NCBI RefSeq assembly: GCF_030028105.1
Contig: NC_092383.1
Span: 11,051,796 to 11,115,795 of the forward strand
Reading direction: 5' to 3'
Source of the DNA: Mobula birostris
Lineage: Eukaryota
Length of the DNA stretch: 64,000 bases
Below, piece by piece: positions 36,918-47,738 of the stretch; the first letter of the stretch is position 1, and every line of letters starts with the position of its first letter. Below the pieces are notes generated by a model that was not told where the DNA came from, did no database searches, and saw nothing but the letters and a program-made list of their open reading frames with translations. The position numbers and the translations under genes are program-made.

Positions 36918-37614
36918 TACTTGATGACCGGAGCGACTTAGCTGAACCTGAGTTGGTCTGGGATTGTCCTCACAAAAATACCTCAGCCGGATGTGTTGTG
37001 TCCAGATGGAATGAAAAGAGACTGCAGGTGCTAGGGTCTGGATCAAAAATAACCTGCTGGAGGACTCAACAGGTTGAACAGCATCTTTGGAGGGAAAAGG
37101 AAATGTCGATTGTCCATTTTCCCTCCACAGATGTTGCCCGACCCTCCGGATTCCTTGGGCAGCTCATTTTCTATGGCGAGGCAGATACTGATGCCAGATA
37201 CAGCAGATTCTGCAGACGGTGGAAATCCAGAGGAACACACAAAAAATTGCTGGAGGAACTCAGTAGGTCACGCTGCATCTATAGAGAGAATTAAATAATC
37301 GACGTTTTGGGCCGAGACCTTTCATCAAGGTTGGTAGTTTGTCCAAACACTAACCGTAACTTCCACCACAACCATTACCAACTTGCTGCTTTTATGATAT
37401 TAGCCAGCTCCATATGGGTACTAGCCTCCATAGTATGCAGGTCAACTTCAAGAAGCAGTGCGTCAGAAAGGTGGTGTCCATCATGAAGGACTCCCATTGT
37501 CCAGAACATGCCTTGTCTCATGTATTTACTTGATGACTGGAGCGACTTAGCTGAACCTGAGTTGGTCTGGGATTGTCCTCACAAAAATACCTCAGCCAGA
37601 TGTGTTGTGTCCAG
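36918..37614 (+). repeat. 88-bp direct repeat (36918-37005 and 37527-37614)
   Basis: Copies differ at only two positions, both CpG-type transitions. Confidence 0.9.
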
Positions 37615-37724
37615 TGTTTTTTTTTTCTCTCTGTTATCATGTATTGCATTCTACTGCTGCCGCAAAGTTAACAAATTTCACAACGTATGCTGGTGATATT
37701 AAACGTGATTCTGATTCCAATAAG

Positions 37725-38110
37725 TTGTCCTGTCTATATTCTTTCAACAATAGTGATTACACCTCAAAAAATACTCTAGCATTTGTGGACTGCTTTGAGA
37801 CATTTTAGGGTCAAAAAGTAGATGCTTAAGAGATACGATAGACCACTGAAGTTAATGACCAGGTAATTTAATTACTGCGTTGTTGTTTGGAAAAAAGAAT
37901 GTTGCCAAGAAACAGTAAGATTTCCCTTCTATTCTTTAAGTAGTGCCTCGGGAGCTTTTATATTCATCTAACTTATAAGGATGAATAGATAAGCCATTAG
38001 ATTTTTAATCTGAATCACATTGATGGAGCCTTCAACGATGCAATGCAACTCAGCTTTAATATCACACATCACACTGAACCAGGAATTAATTCGTATCCGT
38101 TAAGACTGCC
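37725..38110. mobile_element. Old DeuSINE remnants
   Basis: Degenerate Deu-domain-like CTTTAAGTAGTGCCTCGGGAGCTTTTATATTCA and tail sequence. Confidence 0.4.
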
Positions 38111-39121
38111 ATAGTGACATATCTAGTGGAACTGCTGACCCACCATACCAAAGCAGCACATAATCTGCCAGAGGAACTCGGGTTGAGCAGCGTCAGCGAG
38201 AGAAAAGAAATTGTTGATATTTTGGGTTAAAACTTAGGACCGAAACATCGACAGTTCCCTTCCCTGCTGAGTTCCTCCAGTAGGTTGCCTGTTGCTTCAG
38301 ACTGCTGCATCTGAAGTCTCTTGTCTCACAAGACCAAAGATCCAGGTTCATTCCTGACTCCGTATGCTGTGGGTGTGGGGTTGCTGTGCTTTCTTCTAGT
38401 TGCTTAGGCCTCCTTCCAGATCCCAGAGACATGTGAGTTGGTAGGTCAACTGGTCATTGCAAATCGCCCCTAGTTTACAGGTGTGACATAAGAATGTTCA
38501 AGGCCTTTGATGTTAATATGGGGAGAACAAATTATAGGATTAATCTCAGATAAGAGTGAATTGATGTGGATGTGGTAGGCTGAAGGGCATAGAGTAATGA
38601 GTAAGAGGAGAAGGTTGGAGAATGGAGTCAAGAGGGATAATAAATCAGCCAGGACTGACAGAGCAGACTCAATGGCCTAAATAGCCTAATTCTGCTCCTC
38701 TGACTTTGTATTGTAAAGGGTGAATCTTTGTGTGTGTCATATGTCTTCACCGCCTGGCCTTGGGTGTACGTGACTTGCTACAGAAGCTTCAGTACTACCA
38801 TGAGATCATGAAAGTCAGGTGAACACAGAGGCGGGACTTGTGAAGAGTGGTGGCAAGTGATGATTGGTTCAGTGGTTTGAGCTGGTGCGAATGTATTGGC
38901 CCATTTGCTGCAGCATTTTGTATCAGTGGAGTAGGTCTAAAAGTAGAGCGGTCAGGGGCAAGTTTTACCAGGGACTGGATTGTAAATGGTACTGCAGATT
39001 GGGCAGAGTGGATGTGTGCTGCAGTGAGTGGGTGGGGGAGGGTGATGGGGGAGGCACATACATCGGGATAAGTATTGTTCTGTCCTAATAAACAAAGTTT
39101 TGAAATAGATAAGGGGAATTT

Positions 39122-39461
39122 GTGAGTGGCAGGGTGGAGATACGTCTCTACCTAAGGAGGTATAAGGTGTTCCTTCCCTCCGCTAATCTGCAGGAATCCC
39201 TTGGGCAAGGTGTAGCCCCTGTTTAGCTTCCCACCCCCTTCCATGGTGGATGGTCATAAGAGCAGCTGATGCATTTATGGCCACTGATGCCAGGCAGAAA
39301 ATCTCTGAAGAGTAATGATAATGGCTGGGTCACCCGTCTTGTAAAGACACTGCCCAGAAGAAGGCAATGACAATGCACTCCCTTAGAAAAATTTGCCAAG
39401 AACAATCATGGTCATAGACCATGACCGCCTGCGTCATACAACACGACACATTATGATGATG
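39122..39461 (+). mobile_element. RTE-type non-autonomous element, full length
   Basis: TSD AAGGGGAATTT / AAGGGGAGTTT (39111-39121 / 39462-39472), (GAT)n tail, RTE-like 3' end GAAGGCAATG...AAAATTTGCCAAGAACAATCATGG. Confidence 0.8.
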
Positions 39462-40786
39462 AAGGGGAGTTTTTGTCTTTTTGCTTAGCAGCCGGCTCTG
39501 CGAATCTTCCGCCGTAATTTAATAGTCTTATGATTCTTTACAATGAGATTCAGATGGAAGGTGCAGCTTAGACGAGGAGATAAAACAATCAACACTGTAG
39601 ATATTTTGGGAGAGAGAAACAGTTAGTGATTCACGATGATGATCTTTCATCAGACCTTTAAGCAATTTCAGACTGATGACTTTTAGATGAAAAGTCCTAC
39701 ACTGAAGAGCTAACTCTTTTTTTCTCCCCTCAGTTTCTGCCTGACCTGCTGAGTATTTCCAGCATTTCTGTTTGTATCTCAGATTTGCAGTATCTAGATT
39801 TGCTGTTTTGGTGACATTTTCAAGAGTTGATTCATTGCTAAATTCTATCCCATGTAAATGAGAAATGATGTTCATAGTGACAGTTCTTTATAAACTGGAT
39901 TATGGAGAGATAAGTACAGATTAAGAACTGAGTTTCCTTCTTGGGATCGTTTTCCAAGATCTTCCAATGCACCTTAAATATTCAGATCAGCTGGGCAGGC
40001 CATTGGTTTTGTGGCTCTCGTGAAGGATTGTAGCTCCAATAGTCTTGCTCTGAGTATCAGCCTTGTTGTGGAATGAGACAAACTCACACCCACTGACTGC
40101 ATCCTACCACTCTAGGCTGAAAGCCGAGTTGGTGAACCTTCAGTAACTGCTGTGACAATATTCTAATCCTAACACCAGATTTGAGACCATCTCCATGGGT
40201 AAAGAAGAGAGATGGTGGGACAAACCAAGACGTCCCGACCTGAAACATTGGCTGTTAATATAGCTGTTAACATAGGAGCAGAATTAGGCCATTGGGCTCC
40301 TTGTGTCTGCCCCACCATTCAATCATGGCTGATTTATTATCCCTCTCAGTTCCATTCTCCTGCCTTTTGACCCCCATAACCTTTGACCTGCACACTAATC
40401 AACTAGCTATCATCCTCCATTTTAAATATACCCAATGAGTTGGCCTCCACAGCTGTCTGTGGCCACGAACTCCACAGATTCACCACCCTCATGCTCGAAA
40501 CAGTCTTGCCTGACTTGCTGAGTTCCGTAAGCATTCTGTGTGTGTTGCTCAACATTTCTAGCATCTGCAGGTTGTTTGTGGGAAATTAGTTGTACCTTTA
40601 ATTAGGTGGGCATTGTAAGAGAGAAAAGGGACTGACCAGAGGTTTCATTTACTGTCCCATCTTGAGTATTTATTATGGCATAATGTACCAGAAAGGACAA
40701 CATGGAACTTGCGTTACAATGTTTCATTTTGCCTCTACAATGCTGGCTACTTCATGGATCTTGTCTGAAGAAGCAACTGCTAAGCA

Positions 40787-41476
40787 CAGGGGTTCTTATC
40801 TGGGGGCCACGACCCACACGGGGCTCCATGGATAGATTCCAGGGATCCTTGAAATTGGATGGCAAAAAATTTATATCTTTATTTTCACTAACCTCTAACT
40901 GACTTTAGCATTTCCTTCAATTATAAATGTTGGCAACAAGCTGCAGTAGTGTTAGCCATTTTTCAGTTATTACAAATACCTCAAAATATCGCTCATCACT
41001 GCTTCGAAATTGCGGTAGGTATTAGACCTGCTGCTAGATCGAACGTGATCGCAATTGTCCTGCCTGCGGACGCTTATGTGACGTAGCTGGCCAACTACCA
41101 GGCAGCCCTGTGATTGGATGTCCAATATGACTTGTGTGTCGCTTTGTCAAAGATTACCCCACAGTTTAATGTTCTTACTCAAGCTAAGCAACAAGAGCCT
41201 TCTCACTGATATGCCTTTAAATAATAAAATTTATTTTTAACTTGCCTATATTTTAAATGTATTGTCTTGATACTTAATATGTTAATAAAGAAGCCCATGC
41301 ATTACTATATCAAAAATTATTTACTATTTTGATAACTCTATTTCAATATAATTGGTTTCTTTTGTAATCCTGTGCATTTTATTTTGATACTTTTAAATAC
41401 ATTATTCTGAAAAGAGGTCCATAGGCTTCACCAGACTGGCAAAGGGTCTATGGTATAAAAAAGGTTAAGAACCCTG
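40787..41476. mobile_element. hAT (Charlie-like) non-autonomous transposon, 690 bp
   Basis: TIRs CAGGGGTTCTTA / TAAGAACCCTG; 8-bp TSD GCTAAGCA/GCTTTGCA. Confidence 0.8.
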
Positions 41477-41538
41477 GCTTTGCACTTTGTTGATGAATGC
41501 TTTGTATAACTCCTGTGTAACTCTGGACCTTTCTTCAG

Positions 41539-42004
41539 GTGAGCGTGCTGACAACATTGGAAAGGAGGTTTAACCTGCAGAGTGCCGACGTCGGAGTCAT
41601 CGCCAGCAGCTTCGAGATTGGCAACCTGGCCTTGATTTTGTTTGTGAGCTACTTTGGGGCGAAAGGGCATCGGCCACGTCTGATAGGATGCGGGGGCATC
41701 GTGATGGCCCTGGGAGCTTTGCTGTCTGCCCTCCCCGAGTTCCTCACCCACCAGTATGAGTACGAATCTGGGGAGATTCCCTGGGGACTGGAAGGAAAGG
41801 ACCTGTGTGTTGGGAATGTATCAGCCAGCAACCAAGGACCAGAGGCAAAAATCATCTGCAGGAACAGGACTTCCACCAACATGATGTACCTCCTGCTAAT
41901 TGGAGCCCAAGTGTTACTGGGCATTGGTGCTACTCCTGTCCAACCCCTTGGAGTCTCCTACATTGATGACCATGTCCAGCGGAAGGATTCCTCCCTGTAC
42001 ATAG
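41539..42004 (+). CDS. SLCO3A1: SLCO3A1 (OATP3A1) coding exon 2 (466 nt)
   Basis: Acceptor ctttcttcag|GTG and donor ATA G|gtaaga. Peptide VSVLTTLERRFNLQSADVGVIASSFEIGNLALILFVSYFG...HRPRLIGCGG...ICRNRTSTNMMYLLLIGAQVLLGIGATPVQPLGVSYIDDHVQRKDSSLYI(G) is the OATP3A1 TM1-TM4 region and joins exon 1 in frame. The ORF-track 41539..42060 call runs into the intron. Confidence 0.97.
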
Positions 42005-42154
42005 GTAAGACATTTGGATATGAATGGTATCGTGGAGATATTAATCCCAGGAAAGTCTGAGATAAGAGATCAGTATGAGGAGCCGTACAATCCTGTCCTG
42101 CTTCAATTTCTTATGTTCTGAGGTATATTAAAGTTGCTAATTAATTTCTATTCA

Positions 42155-43290
42155 AGATACAGACACAGTGTTTCTGAAGGTAAAGTCCTTTGTTTATTGT
42201 CATGTCTTGCTGTTGTGGGGTAGGAGAATCTTGTGTAAAATTCATTTTTAGGTCCACCGCATATTTATTCAAATGAGCTTTCTGGTCGAGGAGGAAGAGA
42301 GAGGCCTATTCACCTTAATGGAGTCCACACACGCTCTCCCTCCTTCTCAGATCAGTTTCAAGTTTATTATTAAATGAATCCGAATCAGGTTTAAAATATC
42401 ACCTGCACACGTTGTGAAATTTGTTAACTCTGCGGCACCAGTATAATGCAGTACATGATAATATAGAGAAAAAAAAACTGTGAATTACAGTAAATATATA
42501 TATATATATATAAAAGAGTTAAATTAAATAACTAGTGGAATAGAAATAGAAATGAAAAGTAGTGAGGTAGTGATCATGGATTCAATGTCCATTGAGAAAT
42601 CAGATGGCAGAGGGGAAGCTGTTTCTGAATCATTGAGTGTGTGCCTTCAGGCTCCTGTACCTCCTTCCTGATGGTAGCAATGAGAAGAGGGCATGTCCTG
42701 GGTGGTGGGGGTCCTTAGTGATGGATGCCCCCTTTTTGAGACATTGCTCCTTGAAGATGTCTTGGACACTACGGAGGCTGGTGCCCATGATGGAGCTGAC
42801 TAGGTTTACAACTCTCTGCAGCTTACTTCGATCCTGTGTAGGAACCCCTGTGAAGTTTTAAAAGATTTGTGTTTTTTTCTCTTTCTCTGCACATTGGGTA
42901 TTGGTCTTTATCTTTTGTTAATTGGGTTTCTTGCTTTGTGGCTGTCTTTAAGCAGACAAGTTTCAAGGTTGTATAATTTATGCATTCCTTGATCATAAAT
43001 GTTCTTTGAATCTTTGAAATGACACAGTTCACTGTCTTTTTTGATGTATACTGTACATGATGAATAAATGAATCTGAAATTGATCTGAGAATGAGAGAGT
43101 GTGTGTGTGGAGTCCATCAAGGTGAATAGGCCTCTCTCTCCTTCCTCAATTAGACAGCTTGATTGAATAAATATGTGACTGACCTAAAAATATGAATTGT
43201 CCAAGTGCTTCTCATGCTCCATAACAGTAAGACATTCTTGTACCTTGCATGAGATTTTTATACACGTTTAGAAACCAATGTTTAGATTTC
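42155..43290. repeat. ~210-bp inverted arms enclosing two opposed Rex1-type fragments
   Basis: 42155-42362 is the degenerate reverse complement of 43075-43290 (e.g. GAGAGAGGCCTATTCACCTT / AAGGTGAATAGGCCTCTCTC). Confidence 0.85.
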
Positions 43291-43744
43291 CAGTTGTCGC
43301 TACTTGACCGACCCAAGACGAGAAGGTGCCTGGATCATCCCTTCTGACATGAATATCTTTTGCCCCACAACCCCTGCCTTTGGTCAGAGTCTGGTGGTCT
43401 CATGCCTAAAACATCTCTGCTCAGCCAAGGCATTGGTTATTTGGTGATGGTCCTAGCAGGCCCATTATCCCCAGTTGCTAGTTTTCTCATGGCTGCTTTC
43501 TGGTATATCTTATCTTGCATTCTATTACATAAGCTAGGTCTGACCTACTTATTCAAGTAGTAGTATATCTTATCTTACACAGTGCTTTATAATATTATGT
43601 AAGTTAACCCTACAGAGTAGATTCGTGACACCTTGTAAGTGAGGTTTAATGAAGTAATATTAGGCCTTTGACTGGGAAAAGTGGTTCTTTACCATCATAG
43701 AGTATTCTTGGTAATCATATCTAGCGTGACAAATGAATAAGTCT

Positions 43745-44685
43745 ATAAGACCAAAAGATAAAAGAGGAGAATTAGGCCATTCAGCCCATCAAGTCTGCTC
43801 CACCCTTCAATAATGGCAGATTATTTTTTCTCAAGCCCAATCTCTTGCCTTCTCCCTGCAATCCTTAACCACTTTACTATCACAGTGTGTGCTGGCAATG
43901 TCGGAACGGAACCCACAGGTGGAGGAAAGACAGACTCTGATATAAAGATGGTGGCCAGAGTTTATTCATAATAATTCCAACTGAACAACTGTGGCTCAAC
44001 AGTTGTGGGACGTAACATTCTCAAAACTAGGACCCTGTGATTAGTGCTAATTGGGCGTCCACTTAATTAATACAAGTAACACGGAATCTCCAAGCCTATC
44101 AAAATAAACTTAAGAAGTTTATACAGGAAGCGCCAGGAGACCGCATTACAAAGAGCGATTTGCTTGAGAAAATTACGAGGAACTCTAAACGATTAAAGAC
44201 TCTTATTTAACAACAATTAACCAAATCAGGTGCTCTAAGACCTCAGAGCCCAATGCTCTCTAGTACCCTGCCAAGCCCTAAGAGCTCATTACACTTTACC
44301 AATCAAGAACCTATCATTCTATGCTTTAAATACACCCTACAACTTGGCCTCCTTTGTGGCAAAGAATTCCATGGATTCACCACCCATTGGCTGAGGAAAT
44401 TCTTCCTCATCTCAGCTTTAAAGGGACGTCCCTTAATTTTGAGTCTGTGTCCTTGGGTCTTCAACTCTCTTACCACCACTTTATCCAGGCCTTTCAGTCT
44501 CAGGTAGGTTTCAGTGAGACACCTCGCACCCCGCCTCCACTGAATCCTTCTGAACTCCATCAGATACAGGCGAAGAGACATCAAATGCCCTTCATACATT
44601 TAGCCTTTCATTCTTGGGATCATTCTTGTTAAACCCCTCTGGACCCCCTCCAGGGCCGGTATATCTTTCCTTAGATAGGTGCCTA
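43745..44685 (-). mobile_element. CR1 3' fragment interrupted by a ~400-bp insert
   Basis: GHRLKIKGRPFKAEMRKNFLSQWVVN.WNSLPQ. Confidence 0.8.
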
Positions 44686-46044
44686 AAAAGAATAGATTTG
44701 AACCAAACCAAATTAAATTTGATATTGTTTAAATCTAGGGCTATAACCATGTTCTTTAACATTTCATTAGCCAAAGCATTTTCTGATCTATGTTTGAAAT
44801 GCTTAGGAGTGACTATATATTACTAGCTGATATCTGCCAGTGTTTGCACATTCTTTCCTGTGTTTGTGAAGATTACAAAAGTTTTAAATTTAACCCCAGC
44901 CTAAGAAATAGCTCCTGACAAAATTTAGACAGCTTTCCAAATGAGAACAAATTTCTTTCTTGCTGGCAGTGACCCTCAGACAACCTGGGGTTAGACTCCA
45001 GAAGTTAATTATTAGTACTTCAGAATCCAGGTCAGCACCCCTCCTGAACATCATCAAACCCCTTTGTTCCATCTCTGACAGCATCAAGACAAGGTCACCT
45101 GCAGTCCACCCACTAATTAAACCATGCTGACAAAATACATGTTATCCAAAAGCATCCAGACACCAGGCATCATGAGACAAGAAAATTCTTCCAAAGGTTA
45201 TCAAATTCAGTTGATAAATATAGGAAAGTGTTTCTTTTTAAAAATATATGATTTGACAGTATTTGTTTACTTTGTGAAATATATTACAACATACAACAGA
45301 TGTTTGATCATAAGACTGAAATGCAGGAGCAGAACTAAGTTATTTAGTCCATCTAGTCTACTCTGCCATTTGATCATGGCTGATTTACTTTCCCTTTCAA
45401 CCACATTTTCCTGCCTTCTCCCTGTAATCATTGATGCCCTTATTAATCAAGAACCTGTTAATCTCCGGTTTAAATATACCCTATGACTTGGCCTCCATGG
45501 CCGTCTGTGGCGATAACTTCCACAAATTCACCACTCACTGTCTAAAGAAGTTCCTCCTCATCTCTGTTCTGAATGAACGTCCTTCTGTTCTGAGGCTGCC
45601 CTCTGGCCCTCTCCATGTCGATCTTTCTAGGCCTTTGAAAACCAAATTGTGTGCAGAGGAACACTAATGATCCATAGTCTAAATATGTCTGGTGTCTGAA
45701 TAATGTTTGGGTCCAAGGATTTTGGACTAGAAATCTTCTATATTCTCTTTACATAACTGGAGTCTCACCATATGTGGGTTGGCTGAAGGTTTCTCTATTC
45801 ATTTTGGCTTTATAACTTGCATGTGTATAGTACCTGTAATGTGATATAATCCTTTAAGGCATTTCGGAATAGTATTAGCAAAGACAATGTTGACACTTAG
45901 ATGCATAAGAAGGAAATCATGCACAATGATGAGAGGGGTTGAAAGAGATGGGAATATACCTGAATTTCAGGCCTTTGCATTACCTGTTAAATTATGAATT
46001 TTGGCTAGAGGGAGTGATAAAGGGATGATTTTTCGTCTTCTTCT

Positions 46045-46245
46045 TGGGTCTCTAGATCCCAGTGGAGCATAAGCCATCGATGACCATCTCCACTGTCCAA
46101 AGTCGATGGCATAGTTGGAGTTCATCAATGTTTCTGCAATCCATTGCATCCACTGTACAGGGGATAGGCCTATACAGCTTCACCAGAGCCCTGTTGACCG
46201 GCCTTACCCATTTCCATGGGACGTAGGCTTGGACCTTGAGAGGCA
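46045..46245 (-). mobile_element. Short RTE-like non-autonomous element (second family), copy 2
   Basis: Match to 24050-24268. Confidence 0.55.
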
Positions 46246-46519
46246 AAGGGATGATTGCTCGCGTTAAATTGACAGTGGGGAAATCGAGCCGAAGAGCAAC
46301 TTGTTGGTGTGTGAAGTGAACTGGGCTGACCTTGAGAATAAGAAGCCAAGTTCATAGTATGGAGGGTGGTGAGGGCTTCATAGGCCTGAAGTGACCACTT
46401 TACACAGAAGAGATAGTAAGAAGTTTGAAAATGGGAGGGAGAGAGGGAGACCTGAAATGATAGGAGAAGACAGGAGGGGGAGGGATGGAGCTAAGAGCTG
46501 GAAAGTTGATTGGCAAAAG

Positions 46520-46823
46520 GCAGAATTTTCTACAGAAGTGATTTACCATTGCCGCCTTCTGGGCAGTGTCTTCACAAGATGGGTGACCCCAGCCATTATC
46601 AAAACTCTTCAGTGATTATCCGCCTGAGGTCAGTGGTTGCATAACCAGGACTTGTGATATGTACCAGCTGCTCATACGACCATCCACCACCTGCTCCCAT
46701 GGATTCACCTGACCAGAGGGGCTAAGCAGGTGCTACACCTTGCCCAAGAGTGACCTGCAGGCTAGTGGAGGGAAGGAGCTTCTTACACCCTGTTTGATAG
46801 CGGTGTACCTCCACCTCACCATC
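46520..46823 (-). mobile_element. RTE-type non-autonomous element
   Basis: Family match to 39122-39461. Confidence 0.75.
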
Positions 46824-47336
46824 CAAAGGGTCTAAAGGGCCCCGAATTCAATGTTTGTTCAGTGGTATGTTGGCAAATATTGCTCAGGTTGATTGTGAGT
46901 GCATCAGTGTTTACATGCAATCATTGCAAAGGAAAACTGCTTCTGATCACTGTCCAGCGACATATGAAGGGGTGGGTATCCCATCTGAGGATTGTCCCTG
47001 GTGATGACATCCTTCACAGTCAAGGAGTCTGATGTTACTCTAGCAGGAAACAACATCCTCAGCAGAGAGGTCAAAAAGAAGAGGCTGCCAAGAAAAATGG
47101 CTGTGTCCACTGTTCAAAGAGTACAACATTGCTGGCACAGTAGACTGGCATGCTGGTATTCTGTTCCACAGAATGATTAGTGGGGATTTAATCTTCAGGA
47201 CCTTCCATGTTGTGTTTTCATTCTCAGTCATGAGGAATTTGTGAAGAATGGTATTGAAAGAAGGTTGGTATGCAACAATGCAATAGAGGAAAAGTTGTGG
47301 CTATAGGTGTGGGTTTAGACCATAAAACCATGAAGT

Positions 47337-47738
47337 TGTCATGGTTCCATTTGGCTGTTCCCCTTTAATGCTCCTTTCTCCCTGATTATGCCCTAATTTC
47401 AGTCATTAGATTTCCCAATTGCTGCTAGTTTACCTAATTACGGTATACCTGGTTTTCATAAGAGACTGTGAAATAAGTACGATGGCTTCTCTATCACAGG
47501 TTGCCAGTTTGCTGGTTTATACTCGTGTGATACCTCATTCTCTTGTCTGTTTAGAACTGTTAGTTCTAAGTTTAGTTGCATGTTCTGCTCTAGTTTCAAG
47601 ATAGTCCTTGTAGATCCCGTCTCCTTGTCAAGATTCCTCCGGTTCACTGTTCTACGTTCACATCCAGGCCAGCATCCCCAACTCAGTCGACGTGCCGGTG
47701 TCCTGCACTTGGGTTCTGCTCAGTCGCCCTGTGTGACA
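47337..47738. mobile_element. Solo LTR (Gypsy-like, ~400 bp)
   Basis: TGTCA...TGACA termini, 5-bp TSD GAAGT/GAAAT, inserted in a CR1 3' UTR. Confidence 0.7.

Noticed and set aside
38712-39520. Possible solo LTR hosting the RTE-type element
   Set aside because: It starts TGTAA and has AATAAA, but I could not find a convincing CA end or TSD, so it is not called.
42005-42060. C-terminal extension of the 173-aa ORF
   Set aside because: It lies beyond the canonical donor at 42004/42005 and is intron read-through.
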